Assembly (NCBI GenBank): GCA_963851265.1
Contig: CAWKNZ010000008.1
Span: 64,001 to 128,000, forward strand
DNA from: an uncultured Gemmatimonadales bacterium
GTDB lineage: Bacteria; Gemmatimonadota; Gemmatimonadetes; Gemmatimonadales; Gemmatimonadaceae
Length of the DNA: 64,000 nt
Direction: 5' to 3'
Position 1 is the first letter of the stretch. The number at the start of each line of letters is the position of its first letter. The position numbers and the translations under genes were made by a program. Shown piece by piece: positions 10,734-20,470 of this stretch. The notes beneath the pieces are model-generated. The model saw nothing but the letters and a program-made list of their open reading frames with translations. It had not been told where the DNA came from and ran no database searches.

Positions 10734-10772
10734 CGAATGCTCCGGACGCCCGCGCGGCGCCCGGAGCATTCG
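10734..10772 (-). terminator. Strong hairpin downstream of the chemoreceptor gene
   Basis: CGAATGCTCCGG...CCGGAGCATTCG, a 12-bp perfect outer stem about 40 nt after the MCP stop; no U-tract. Confidence 0.55.
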
Positions 10773-10809
10773 CGCAACGGACCGTGCGCTATCGCACGCC
10801 CCTTATCGA

Positions 10810-12474
10810 TCAGAACTCGCGGAGGGTCGCGCTATCCTCGGTGTCGTCGAACGGGATCAACTCGGCGGCGAGCGCGGTGACCCGGCGATCGTGCGGGACG
10901 GCCCCGGCGGCGCGTGTGCTCGTGGGACGCGTCTCCGTCGCACGCGTCGCATTGGTGGCGTGCCCCGTGGCGGCTGTCGGCGCACCGCGGCCGTTGCTGC
11001 GCGGCCGCGGGGATGCCGTCGGACGGGCGGGCGCGTCACCGCGGCGCGGGGTCGGCGCGGACCGGCGCGGCGCTCCCGCGTCCTCCAGCGTGAACGTCGC
11101 AACCGTCGTCTGGAGGTGACGCGCTTCCTCGTTGAGGTCCGCCGATCCCGCCGCGCTCTCCTCGGCGTTGGCCGCGCTCTCCTGCGTCACGCGGTTCATC
11201 GCGGCGAGGGCACCATTGATCTGGTGCACCCCGTCGGCCTGTTGCTCCGCCGCCGCCGCGATCTCGGCGACGAGTTCCGTCGTGCGCCCCACCTGACGGG
11301 TGATCTCGTCGAACTGCCGCGCGGCCTCGGCGCCGACCTGCACACCGGCGTCGACCTGCTGGATGGTGTCGCCGATGACGGTCGCGGTCTCGCGCGCCGC
11401 CTGGCTCGAGCGCAGCGCCAGCGCCCGCACCTCCTCGGCGACGACCGCGAAACCGCGCCCGGCGTCCCCGGCGCGCGCGGCTTCGACCGCCGCGTTCAGC
11501 GCCAGCAGGTTGGTTTGGAAGGCGATCTCCTCGATGGTGCGGATGATCGCCGCGGTCTGGCCGGCGCTCCCCTTGATGCCGGCGAGCGCCGTGCTCAGCG
11601 TGCGCATCTGCCCGACGCCCTGCTCGGTCGAGCCGCGCGTCTGGGCCGACAGCGCGCGCGCCTCGTTGGCGTTGGTGGCAGACTGCGCCGCCATGCTCGC
11701 CAGCTCGGTCACGCTCGCCGACACCTCCTCGAGGTTCGCCGCCTGCTCGTTCGCGCCCTGGGCGAGCGAGCGGCTCGCCGCCGTGATCTCCGCACTCGCG
11801 TCGCGGACCCGCTCCGCCGCGCCGTTCACCTGTGTAAGGGTCGCGCGGAGCGCCGCCACCGACGCGTTGAAGCTGTCGCGCAAGGCGCGCGTTTTCGGCG
11901 CGAACTCGGCGCGGATCTCGTGCGTCAAGTCGCCGGCCGCGAGCGCGCTCAGGCCTTCGGCGAGGGCGCGGAACGCCGCCTCGTCCTCCTCGGCCGCCCG
12001 GATCTCGCGCGACTTCTGCTCGTGGATGTCGGTGAGCGAGCCGCACGCACGGATCGTGAGGCCGTCGGCGGAATGGCGGCAGCCACCGGTCGCCCGGAAC
12101 CAGCGGTACGAGCCGTCGGCCACCTTGAGACGGTACGTCACGTCGTAGCGCGCCTTTCCACTCTTATCGGTCAGGTGCCCGGCGAACGCGGCAAACGTCG
12201 GCCCCGCGTCGTCGGGGTGCAAGCGGTCGGACCACGACTGGCACACGTTCGGAAAGTCGCGCTCGCTGTCGTACCCGATCAGGCGCCGGAACTCGGGCGA
12301 CCACGTCCACAGACTCTTGGGATGCAGCGCATCGGCATCGTGCAGGACCGCCTGCCAGAGCCCGACGCCGCAGGCTTCGTCCAGCACCTCGGCGCGCTCG
12401 CGCACGTCGGCGAACTCGGCCCTGAGCTTCTCGATCTGCGACGCCTCGTGGCGGCCGAACAACGATTGGAGCAT
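10810..12474 (-). CDS. Soluble methyl-accepting chemotaxis protein with N-terminal PAS_3 domain
   Basis: [11 protein letters not shown]...WSDRLHPDD...[13 protein letters not shown] (PAS/PAC); [37 protein letters not shown] (MCP hairpin); no TM helix. Confidence 0.93.
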   Translation of the reverse strand: MLQSLFGRHEASQIEKLRAEFADVRERAEVLDEACGVGLWQAVLHDADALHPKSLWTWSPEFRRLIGYDSERDFPNVCQSWSDRLHPDDAGPTFAAFAGHLTDKSGKARYDVTYRLKVADGSYRWFRATGGCRHSADGLTIRACGSLTDIHEQKSREIRAAEEDEAAFRALAEGLSALAAGDLTHEIRAEFAPKTRALRDSFNASVAALRATLTQVNGAAERVRDASAEITAASRSLAQGANEQAANLEEVSASVTELASMAAQSATNANEARALSAQTRGSTEQGVGQMRTLSTALAGIKGSAGQTAAIIRTIEEIAFQTNLLALNAAVEAARAGDAGRGFAVVAEEVRALALRSSQAARETATVIGDTIQQVDAGVQVGAEAARQFDEITRQVGRTTELVAEIAAAAEQQADGVHQINGALAAMNRVTQESAANAEESAAGSADLNEEARHLQTTVATFTLEDAGAPRRSAPTPRRGDAPARPTASPRPRSNGRGAPTAATGHATNATRATETRPTSTRAAGAVPHDRRVTALAAELIPFDDTEDSATLREF

Positions 12475-12478
12475 ACGT

Positions 12479-12504
12479 GTCTACGGGAGAGGTCTACGGG
12501 AGAG
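12479..12504. repeat. 13-bp tandem duplication (GTCTACGGGAGAG x2) immediately upstream of the MCP start
   Basis: Units 12479-12491 and 12492-12504, read directly. Confidence 0.85.
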
Positions 12505-13087
12505 GAAACGGCCGGGGCGCCGGCCATGGGGCGGAGGACAAGCGAAGACGGTCGGCAACGGACCTTCGGTGACCGACGCTCGGGACCCGGCGGTCGGCAC
12601 CGCGATGCGCGAGCGTCAGAGCGAATAGGACGCGGGTGACGTGCGCTGGCCGGGGCGCGCCGTCGACGCACGGTCGGCATGGCGCGGGAAGCCCGGCGGA
12701 GGCCGGCGCTCGTCGACAGACGCAGGCGAGGGTGGCGACCGAAGAGGCGGTGCCAGGTGGGGACCGGTCGGGACCGACAGCAAGGGGGTGCGGAAAGGGC
12801 TCCAGTGGGGGTACGCCGCGCGGGCGCGAACGGCGACCCCGGCGATCTCACCCTGCGCTGCGCACGGCACCCCGCCGCGTCCACCTCCACCCGCCGGGCG
12901 GCCGGGGCGAACCCGGGACGCACAGGTGCGAGGCGCCGGGCACCGCGGCCCGGACCTCACGTCGGTTTGACGGATCAACCCGCCGCGCGTCACACCGCGT
13001 TCGATCGCTCCCGTCCACGGCACGCCCTCGACGACGGCATGGTGATGGCCGACGACGGGCGCCGCGCGATGGACGCCGGCCGAAGCT

Positions 13088-16000
13088 CTAGCGGGTCACC
13101 TGCCCCACGCACCCCATCCCACCCAGCCAGCCACGTTGCAGCACCGGTGCGCCACCCGGGAAGGTGAACTCGACCGCGACCGGTCCTCCCTTGCTGCCGG
13201 TCCACTCGGCGCGCCAGGTGCTGCCCGCGCCTTCCCACTTCGCGGCCCGAGCGAGGAGGTGGAAAAGCGCCCAGTCGCCGGCGGCCTGCGCTATCGTCCG
13301 CGTGCCCTTGAAGATCAGCAGGGTGGTGTGCCCAAGGTCGAGTCGCGCCTCGCGGCCCGTGGTCGACGGCCAGACGAATTGCGCCGGCGGCGCGTCCTTG
13401 CCGAAGTGCGCGACCTGGCTCCCCTGCGTGAGCGTCAGCTCCCGGTCGCCCGCCCCGCGCGCCGTGAGCAGGACGTGGGGGGCCGGCGCACCCCCGTAGA
13501 GCGCGTCGGACGCCTGCGTCGCGCGGTTGAGGAAGGCGAGAAACGGCGCCGAGAGCGCCACGGGAGCGCCGGGCTTCTGCACGTAATGATCGCCCTGGCG
13601 CTCGACGAGTCCCTCCAGCCGCTCCTGCTCGAGCGCCCAGAGTGCGCCGGTGCCGGGGGCGAACAGTGCGTTCACCTCGGCGAGCGACGCATCGACCGGC
13701 GCGTCGGGGGTGAACGGGAACTTCGCCAACACCGGCGTCATCGCCGCGCACAGCGCCCGCCCGCGCTCGTTGAGGGTAGCGACGTCCACGCGAGCCACGG
13801 GCGGGCCGGCGTGGGCGCCCGCGCCGCCTCCGCCCCCGCCCCCGCCGCCGGCCGCCACGCGCGGCGCGGGCGGCGGCCGCGTCGCTGCAATGGGGCGCAG
13901 CACGCCCTCGGCCGCCTCGATCGGTGCGACGAGCAGGGCGGCGACGGCGGGGCCCACCGGCAACGCCGCCGTGTCTGCCGCGAACTTCTGCGCGAGCTGC
14001 CGGGCGGCCACCTTGGCCTGCGTCGCCTGCGCGAGCGCCTGCTCGCCGGCATGCATTGTCTGGAGCGCACCCGCGGTGTCGGTTGCCGGGGGCAGGTTGC
14101 CGACCTGCTCCAGCGCGCTCGCGAGGGCGAGCATTCCGGTGGCGTACGCCTGGTTCGCGTCGGACACGAGCCGGTCCGGCGTCGAGGGCGGCGTCACCGC
14201 GTGCACCGGTTGGAAGGCGGCCTTCACCCCGGAGTCGACCGCGGTGTTGCGGGCCGCGAGCGAGAGCGCGCCGAGGAGTGGCGACTGCGCACCGCCGAAC
14301 GCGACGAGGCGCTGCGCAGCGTCTCGCGCGCTCCCCCCGCGCGCCACCGCCAGCCCGCGCACGTAGGCGCGCCAGTGCGCCACGTAGTCGGCGCGGTAGC
14401 GCGCGCGGAGGTCGGACAGCACCCGGTCGCGGTCCCCGGCCTGCGTGGCCGAGGCATCGCCGACGACCCAACGCTCTCCCGCGAAGAAGCGGTCGGCGTG
14501 GCGGAAGGCGTCCTGCATGTAGGTCCATCCGCGGGCGGTGTACGCGCCGGGGACTTCGCCCGCCGCGCTCACGACCCCCGCGCCCTGCGGCGCGAAGTCC
14601 GTGAGGCGCGCCGGCGGCGTCGCCTTCGACGCCTCGGCGAGCATGTACTGGTACATGCGCTCCGGGCCGGCGAAGCGGGCGAGGAACTCGCGCGTACGGC
14701 CGACGAGCGCGGCGTCGGTCGCCGTCGGCCACGGGTTCGCCGTGGGGAGCGCGCGGGCGTAGAACTCGAACTGCTTGCGGGCGAGCGCGGCCGCGTCGGC
14801 GTCGACCGGCTGACCGCGCTCCCAGTGCGTGAGGAGCACCGGGACCAGGAACTCCGGCGTGCTCCGTTCCGGCGCCGAGGTCGTCACGAGGTACGCCCGC
14901 AGGTCGGCGTAGACGCGTCCGTAGTCGTCGTCGGGGCGCGGGATGTCGGGAAGGGCGCGCAGCGAGTCGACGAGGGCGCCCCAGGCGGTCGCGTGCAGCT
15001 GCCGGCGGTAGCCGTCCCACCACACCCGGCTCGCGGCGTCGGCGAGAGCGCCGCCCTGCCACAGCCCCCAGCGCAGCCGCCCGGGGACGCCGGCGTCCTC
15101 GTAGCCCTGAACCGTGTCGAGCACCGCCCGCAGCGCGTCGAGCCGGCGGAGCGCGTCGACCGACGGGAAAGCGAGCGTTCCGGCCGGACTCCCCGGGGGC
15201 GCCATGACGGTCGGAAGTGCTGCGACGCCGCGCGCGGCCGCGCCGGTGCTCGCGGCGAGTTCGCGGTTCCCCGCCCACGAGCGAAGGACGCCCGCTGCGA
15301 CGAACACAGCGGCGACGACGCCCGCGCCGAGCAGGCCGCGGCGGAGCCGGGCGACGCGAATGCCGCCACGCGCGGCCACCGCACTCCCCCGGTCTGCGAG
15401 GACCACGTCGGGGAAGAGTCGGTCCAGGAAGGTCCACTCGGGGACGCGGCGTGGGGCCGGGGGCGCGTAGCTCCCGACCGCGGGTGCCGCCGTGGACGCG
15501 GCGCCGCGACCGAACACCCCGGTCGCGCCAGCGGCGAACGCGGCCGCCGCGGGGGCCGAGGCCGCCGCCGCGGGGAGGGCGTCGGCCATGACGACGGGGC
15601 GCGCACCGACGAAGTAGAAGCCGCGGAGCCGCGGGCTCACGCCGAGCTGGAGGGGACGGCACACCTCGAGGAGGAACCGGCGAACGGCTGGTGCGAGCTT
15701 GCCGAGCTCGCGCGGGAACTCGTACGCTCCAAGGCGCCGACGCGGGACGCTCTCGCGCCCGAGCAGCTCCAGGCGCCGCCGAGCGAGGGCGGCGACGATT
15801 CCGTCGTAGGCGGCGGCGAGCCGCGGCCCGAGCCGCTCCGCGTACCCGCCGACGTACCCGCGGCCGCCGGGGCCCGCGGGGCCCACGTCGAACGGGAGCG
15901 CGGCGCCGAGCGGGGCGCGCACTTCGTCGCGCGTGAACGGCGCGGCCCACGCCTCGAAGTGCGCGATTCGGTCGGCGCGGGTGAACGCCACGTACACGGG

Positions 16001-16705
16001 CAGGGCGACGCCCCACAGGGCCGCCGCTTCCGCCAGGCGCTCGCGTGCGAGGTGCGCGAGTTCGTCGAGCGGCGCGTCCGCGCCGGCACCGCCGGGCGCG
16101 TACAGGAGGTCGCAACTGACGCAGAGCACGACCGCGCGCGGCGCGGCCTCGCCGCGGCCGACTGCAGCCGCGAGTCGTGGCGGGCGGAGCGCGCGCACGA
16201 ACGTGCGCCACCGCTCGGCGTCGGCGAACACGGCGCCCCCCGGTTCGACCAGCACCGCATCGTCGGCCAGCCACACGTTGACCGCGCCGGTCGGGGGCGG
16301 CGCCTCCCCCGGCCCGAGCGCGGGCGCGTCCCCGGCGAGCAGTACCGGGTCGAGATCGGCGCGCGTGACGAGCGACGTCTTGCAGCTGCCGCCCGCGCCG
16401 ACCACGAGCACCACGGGCCGGGCGTCGAACGCGCCGTGTGGAAGCCGGGCGCGCGCCGCGGCCACGAGGCGGACCGCTTCGTCGTCACCGTCCTCCGAAA
16501 TGTCAGGCTCGGGTGGAGCGGCCGGCCGCAGGTACCACAGGATTGCCCCTGCGGCCGCCAGGCCGAGGACGGCGAGGCAGACGCGGAGGACGAGGCGCTC
16601 CGTGTCGCGGAGGGTGAGCACGGCCCCGAAGCCCCAGGCCGCGAGCAGGAACAGGGCGAACGCGACGCCGGCGGCGACGAAGCGCGTCTGCGGGGAGCGG
16701 GGCAT
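13088..16705 (-). CDS. tssM: T6SS membrane complex subunit TssM/IcmF
   Basis: Two N-terminal TM helices, degenerate P-loop GAGGSCKTS, 'LPVYVAFTRAD', 'LRGFYF', third TM, ImcF region (RWGLWQG, YADLRAYL, VPGAYT, YRADY..HW), C-terminal 'GDWALFHLL'; follows tssL. Confidence 0.92.
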   Translation of the reverse strand: MPRSPQTRFVAAGVAFALFLLAAWGFGAVLTLRDTERLVLRVCLAVLGLAAAGAILWYLRPAAPPEPDISEDGDDEAVRLVAAARARLPHGAFDARPVVLVVGAGGSCKTSLVTRADLDPVLLAGDAPALGPGEAPPPTGAVNVWLADDAVLVEPGGAVFADAERWRTFVRALRPPRLAAAVGRGEAAPRAVVLCVSCDLLYAPGGAGADAPLDELAHLARERLAEAAALWGVALPVYVAFTRADRIAHFEAWAAPFTRDEVRAPLGAALPFDVGPAGPGGRGYVGGYAERLGPRLAAAYDGIVAALARRRLELLGRESVPRRRLGAYEFPRELGKLAPAVRRFLLEVCRPLQLGVSPRLRGFYFVGARPVVMADALPAAAASAPAAAAFAAGATGVFGRGAASTAAPAVGSYAPPAPRRVPEWTFLDRLFPDVVLADRGSAVAARGGIRVARLRRGLLGAGVVAAVFVAAGVLRSWAGNRELAASTGAAARGVAALPTVMAPPGSPAGTLAFPSVDALRRLDALRAVLDTVQGYEDAGVPGRLRWGLWQGGALADAASRVWWDGYRRQLHATAWGALVDSLRALPDIPRPDDDYGRVYADLRAYLVTTSAPERSTPEFLVPVLLTHWERGQPVDADAAALARKQFEFYARALPTANPWPTATDAALVGRTREFLARFAGPERMYQYMLAEASKATPPARLTDFAPQGAGVVSAAGEVPGAYTARGWTYMQDAFRHADRFFAGERWVVGDASATQAGDRDRVLSDLRARYRADYVAHWRAYVRGLAVARGGSARDAAQRLVAFGGAQSPLLGALSLAARNTAVDSGVKAAFQPVHAVTPPSTPDRLVSDANQAYATGMLALASALEQVGNLPPATDTAGALQTMHAGEQALAQATQAKVAARQLAQKFAADTAALPVGPAVAALLVAPIEAAEGVLRPIAATRPPPAPRVAAGGGGGGGGGAGAHAGPPVARVDVATLNERGRALCAAMTPVLAKFPFTPDAPVDASLAEVNALFAPGTGALWALEQERLEGLVERQGDHYVQKPGAPVALSAPFLAFLNRATQASDALYGGAPAPHVLLTARGAGDRELTLTQGSQVAHFGKDAPPAQFVWPSTTGREARLDLGHTTLLIFKGTRTIAQAAGDWALFHLLARAAKWEGAGSTWRAEWTGSKGGPVAVEFTFPGGAPVLQRGWLGGMGCVGQVTR

Positions 16706-16741
16706 GGCGGGGAAGTGGGCCGAAGGCGGCGGGCGCGCCCG

Positions 16742-17425
16742 TCAGCGTGCCTGGAGCGCGGCGGCGGACGCGACCGCGCGGACGTCGGCGGCGGCCCGGC
16801 CGAGCGAGAGCGCGGCGCCGCCCCACGCCGCCGCCGCGACGACGACCGCGGCGGCGAGCGCGACGGTGAGTCGCGGCACCCACGGATCGCGGGCGGCCAC
16901 GGCGTCGTCGGGCGGCCGCCACCCAGGAGTGAGGTCGCCGGCCGGACCGCGGAGCCGTGCGACGCGCTCACCCACGCGGGCCGCGACCGCGTGCACGGCC
17001 TCGGGGCCGTGCACGCCGTACCGCCCCCGGAATCCCAGCAGGAGGCAGAGTTGGTGCACTTCGAGGACGTCGGCCAGCGCCGCCGAGTCGGGGCGCGAGA
17101 GGAGCTGGTCGACGTGCTGGTAAAACCACTCGCCCGCCATGTGGTTGCCGAAGAGCTCCTCCTGCAGCGGGCACCGCGCCCAGTCCGCGAGCGCCGGCTG
17201 CCGCGCGTTGAGCACCGATTCGTCGAGGAGTGCGACGACCGCGAACCCGGCGAGGCGGACGTCGGCGGGGTCGTAGCCCGCGCTCCGCGCGTCCTGGTCC
17301 GCGCGGGCGAAGAGCTGCAGCATCTGCTCGCGGAACGCGGCCGCGTCCTCCACGGGCTGGCGGTTGGCGCGCAGCCGGGCGACGGCGGTGAGCGGTTCCT
17401 GGAAGGCGAGGGCGAGGGCGGACAT
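16742..17425 (-). CDS. tssL: T6SS DotU/TssL (no OmpA domain)
   Basis: 'FAVVALLDESVL...W...PLQEELFGNHMAGEWFY...LEVHQLCLLLGFRGRY'; C-terminal TM. Confidence 0.93.
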   Translation of the reverse strand: MSALALAFQEPLTAVARLRANRQPVEDAAAFREQMLQLFARADQDARSAGYDPADVRLAGFAVVALLDESVLNARQPALADWARCPLQEELFGNHMAGEWFYQHVDQLLSRPDSAALADVLEVHQLCLLLGFRGRYGVHGPEAVHAVAARVGERVARLRGPAGDLTPGWRPPDDAVAARDPWVPRLTVALAAAVVVAAAAWGGAALSLGRAAADVRAVASAAALQAR

Positions 17426-17452
17426 GGGCGGCGCGCGGGGGTTGCCGGTGCA

Positions 17453-17480
17453 TACAGCAGCGCGGGCGCGCAGCTGTCAT
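17453..17480 (-). promoter_or_regulatory. Candidate ECF promoter ATGACA-N16-GCTGTA upstream of tssL-tssM
   Basis: Matches the bipartite motif shared by 10 T6SS-locus upstream regions; exact 16-nt spacer. Confidence 0.55.
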
Positions 17481-18904
17481 CACGATGGGAGCAACACCGC
17501 GAGTTCGAGTGCTGCCCCCGGCAGCGCGTCGGCCGGGACGTAGACGCCGATCTCGCGCGTGTCCTGGAGCCCCTTCGCGCACGGCCCCGCCAGCGCGAGC
17601 TCGAAGTACGCGAGCCCGGGTCGCGGCGCGAGCCCGGCCGGCGCGGCGGGCACGTGGTCGACCGCCATCCCGGGGTACGCGCGCCGCACGAGTTCGAGCA
17701 CGTACTTGCTCGCGCACGCCTTGATCAGCTGCGGCACCCGCGCGCTCAGTTCGGCGGCCGGCAGCGCGGCGCTCACGCCCAAGAACCAGCGTGCGCCCGC
17801 GGCGAAGCAGCGCGGGTCGGGCACCACCGCCGCATGCAGGATGTCGGACACGGCGCGGAGCGGGATGATCACGGCCGACGCGGCGACCACCACGTCGAGG
17901 TGCGCGCGAAGGTGACGCTCGAGCGCCCCGAAGCAGCCGGTGAGGTCGTCGTGCGCGTACGCCGGCAGCTCCCCCGCGGACGCGGTGAGCGAAAACGTGC
18001 AGAGCGCGCCGGCGAGCCGCACGAGCTCGAGCCAGAGGCGCTCGGGGTGGACGTGCCGGACGGCGGCGAGGTGCCGAAGGGGGGCCTCCGCCGACCGCAC
18101 CGCGTGAAGCAGCCACCGCGTCGCGAGTTCATTCCCCGCGTACGCCGACGGCTCGCCGCCGGTCGCGGGTGAGGACGCCGTGGGCAGCGTCGCGGCGAGC
18201 GCGGCGCCCTTGGCCTCCAGCATCCCAATCACCGTGCGGAGTAGCCCGACGAGCCGCGCGCTCGCGCTGTACGTGAGGCACGGCGGCACGTACTCGACGT
18301 CGACGACGAAGCGGCCCGCGCCGTCGCGTGCGACCCGGCCGACCGGGACCGACACCGCGCCCTCCGGCACCTCGCCGTCGAGCGCGAGGCGCAGCCGCTT
18401 GACGGCGAAGCGGACCGGCGCCGCGTCGCGCCCGGACGCCTCGTCCGCCACGTCGCGCGTCACCGCCTGGTACCGCGGGTCGGAAGCCCCGCCGTCGGGC
18501 GAGGTTCCGTTCGGCCCACTTCCGTGGAGCGCGCCCGACGCAGCCTCCACGTCGGCCACGTTCGCCGCGCCGGAGCGCCACGCGGGCAGGACCAGGTGCA
18601 CGACGTGCGCGTCCCGCACGGGGGAGAACCGCTCGGCCAGGGCCACGGGTGCGGGCGCGGGGTCGGCCTCGGGGACGTCGAACGGCGTGCCGTCGGGCAG
18701 GAGCCCGCGCGCGTGCGCGAGGGCGAGCGTTCCGTTCGCGAGCGCGCCCGGGTCCAGCGCCGCCGCGGTCACCCCCCACGCGAACGGGAAGACCGCCTCG
18801 AGCGTGCGCGCGACCGTCGCCTCGTGCTGGCGCCGCTGCGCCTGGAAGTGATGCGGGGCCAGGTACATGCCTTCGTACCAGGCCACGCGCGCGGGCGCGG
18901 TCAC
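17480..18904 (-). CDS. tssK: T6SS baseplate subunit TssK (paralog 1)
   Basis: VAWYEGMYLAPHHFQAQ, GLLPDGTPF, YVPPCL, HPERLW...LAGALCTFS, YAHDDL, GLAYF, GVYVP. Confidence 0.93.
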   Translation of the reverse strand: MTAPARVAWYEGMYLAPHHFQAQRRQHEATVARTLEAVFPFAWGVTAAALDPGALANGTLALAHARGLLPDGTPFDVPEADPAPAPVALAERFSPVRDAHVVHLVLPAWRSGAANVADVEAASGALHGSGPNGTSPDGGASDPRYQAVTRDVADEASGRDAAPVRFAVKRLRLALDGEVPEGAVSVPVGRVARDGAGRFVVDVEYVPPCLTYSASARLVGLLRTVIGMLEAKGAALAATLPTASSPATGGEPSAYAGNELATRWLLHAVRSAEAPLRHLAAVRHVHPERLWLELVRLAGALCTFSLTASAGELPAYAHDDLTGCFGALERHLRAHLDVVVAASAVIIPLRAVSDILHAAVVPDPRCFAAGARWFLGVSAALPAAELSARVPQLIKACASKYVLELVRRAYPGMAVDHVPAAPAGLAPRPGLAYFELALAGPCAKGLQDTREIGVYVPADALPGAALELAVLLPS

Positions 18905-18929
18905 GGCCTCGGCCCCCCTGACGCGGCGC

Positions 18930-18957
18930 GTGACCGCGCCCGCGCGGACAACCGGTA
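18930..18957 (+). promoter_or_regulatory. Candidate ECF promoter GTGACC-N16-CCGGTA upstream of ORF 19015
   Basis: Motif match with 16-nt spacer, about 57 nt before the ATG. Confidence 0.65.
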
Positions 18958-19014
18958 TTTCCGAGTGCAGCGCACGGCCTCCGCGGCCTCCCCGCCCTTT
19001 CTCGCCCCGCCCCG

Positions 19015-20445
19015 ATGTCCGACCACGCCTCGTCGTCCGACCACGACCTTGCCCGCCGCTACCGCCTGCTCGACATCGCCGCCGAGGGCGGCGGCGTGCG
19101 CAGCCGCCATGCGGAGGAGTTCACGACGGGGCGGACGGTGATGGTGCACGAGGTCGACGGGGTGAGGCCGGCGGTGGTCGAGCGGTTGGGAGAGCAGATC
19201 GGGCGACTGCTCCCGGCGGACAGGAGGCTGGTGCTCGAGACCGCGGCATTCCCCGCGGGCTTCGCCATAGTTACCGAATTTCTCCCCGACCTCGCGTCAT
19301 TCCCTGCGTGGCTCGACGCGCGGGTGCGGGGCGCGGACCGCGCGCGCTCGGCGGAGCCCGACGGTTCCCCCGTCGCGATGGAGTTCTACGTCGGCGCGCC
19401 GGCACCGGGCGGCGCGGCCGCGGCCCCCGCAGCCGCGGGGGCCGGCGAGTTCACCCGCCTCTTCGTGCTCGGCGGCAAGGTCTCGTTCGAGCCGGCCGCG
19501 GCCGGAGCGGCGGGGCCTGAGCGGGCGCGTCCCGCGTCCGACCCAGCACGGTCCGATTCGATCGACGCGGCCGTGGTGCCGGCACAGCCCCCTGCCCCGG
19601 CGCCGCCCGTCGCGTCGGTGCCGGCGCCGGTGGTACCAGTCACACCACCACTCGCCGCGGGCGAGTTCACCCGGCTGTTCAACGCGTCCACGCCGGCGCC
19701 GGCGGGCGTCGGGGCCGCGTCGCCGCTCGTGCCGGCGGGCCCGCCGTCACCCGCACCGCGGCCGCCCCGCGCCGACGTCGCCGATGGGCTGCCGGGTGCG
19801 CGACACGCCCCCGCGGCGGGACCGGACGCCCCGTTCGCGCCGCCGCCGTTGCAGCCGACGCCCGCGTCGCCGATGGTGCCGGCCCAGGCGCCGCGCCCGA
19901 CGACCCCGCATGCCGCGGCAGCACCGCCGTACGCGGGCGGCGGGGCGACCGGAGCGCTCGCGGCGCGTGCCGTTCCGCCGGAGGCGCTGGCCGACCCGCT
20001 CGCCGCGTTCGCCGCGTTCGTGGCCCCGCCGGCAGGGATCGCTCCGCCCGCCGCGGCGTGGCGCCCCGCGGAGGCGGTGGCGTCCGCGGAGGGACTCCCT
20101 CCGGCCGCGGTGGGGGGCGTCGCGCGCGGACCCGCGCCGTTCGCGCCCGCCGTCGCGCCGCCGTCGGCGAGCGCGGGCCCGAGCGATTACACCCGCCTGA
20201 TCCGGAACGCCGTCGCGCCACCCCCGCCCGCGCGCGCGCGGCCCGCGTCGCCCGACGCCGCCGTGTCGCCCGTGCGGTTCCCGCTCCGCCTGGTGGTCGC
20301 GGTCAACGTCGCCCTGCTGCTCGCGGCGGCGATCGTCCTCTACTTCGCGACCCGCCCGCCGCAGCCGGCGGGGAGCGGCGCCCCGGGTGCAGCGCCTAAC
20401 GGGGTGCCGAACGCCCCGCCGACCGTGGCCGCGCCCCGCCGGTAG
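19015..20445 (+). CDS. T6SS-associated membrane protein: degenerate kinase N-lobe + Pro/Ala-rich region with GEFTRLF repeats + C-terminal TM
   Basis: RYRLLDIAAEGG...GRTVMVH...IVTEFL..LASF..WL resembles Hanks subdomains I-V only; GEFTRLF x2 and SDYTRLI; TM LVVAVNVALLLAAAIVLYF. Confidence 0.7.
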   Translation: MSDHASSSDHDLARRYRLLDIAAEGGGVRSRHAEEFTTGRTVMVHEVDGVRPAVVERLGEQIGRLLPADRRLVLETAAFPAGFAIVTEFLPDLASFPAWLDARVRGADRARSAEPDGSPVAMEFYVGAPAPGGAAAAPAAAGAGEFTRLFVLGGKVSFEPAAAGAAGPERARPASDPARSDSIDAAVVPAQPPAPAPPVASVPAPVVPVTPPLAAGEFTRLFNASTPAPAGVGAASPLVPAGPPSPAPRPPRADVADGLPGARHAPAAGPDAPFAPPPLQPTPASPMVPAQAPRPTTPHAAAAPPYAGGGATGALAARAVPPEALADPLAAFAAFVAPPAGIAPPAAAWRPAEAVASAEGLPPAAVGGVARGPAPFAPAVAPPSASAGPSDYTRLIRNAVAPPPPARARPASPDAAVSPVRFPLRLVVAVNVALLLAAAIVLYFATRPPQPAGSGAPGAAPNGVPNAPPTVAAPRR

Positions 20446-20470
20446 CGCCGGCCGGCGAGCGGCGCGCCGA

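Noticed and set aside
13136..18172. 1678-aa plus-strand ORF, and similar long antisense ORFs such as 58979-62425 and 53055-56516
   Set aside because: Antisense shadows of tssM/tssL/tssK and the BNR hydrolases; no motifs of their own.
18905..19014. Regulon motif on the minus strand for tssK paralog 1 (also sought upstream of 26312, 29439, 38917, vgrG, hcp and the ECF gene)
   Set aside because: No two-box match with a 16-nt spacer was found at these sites.
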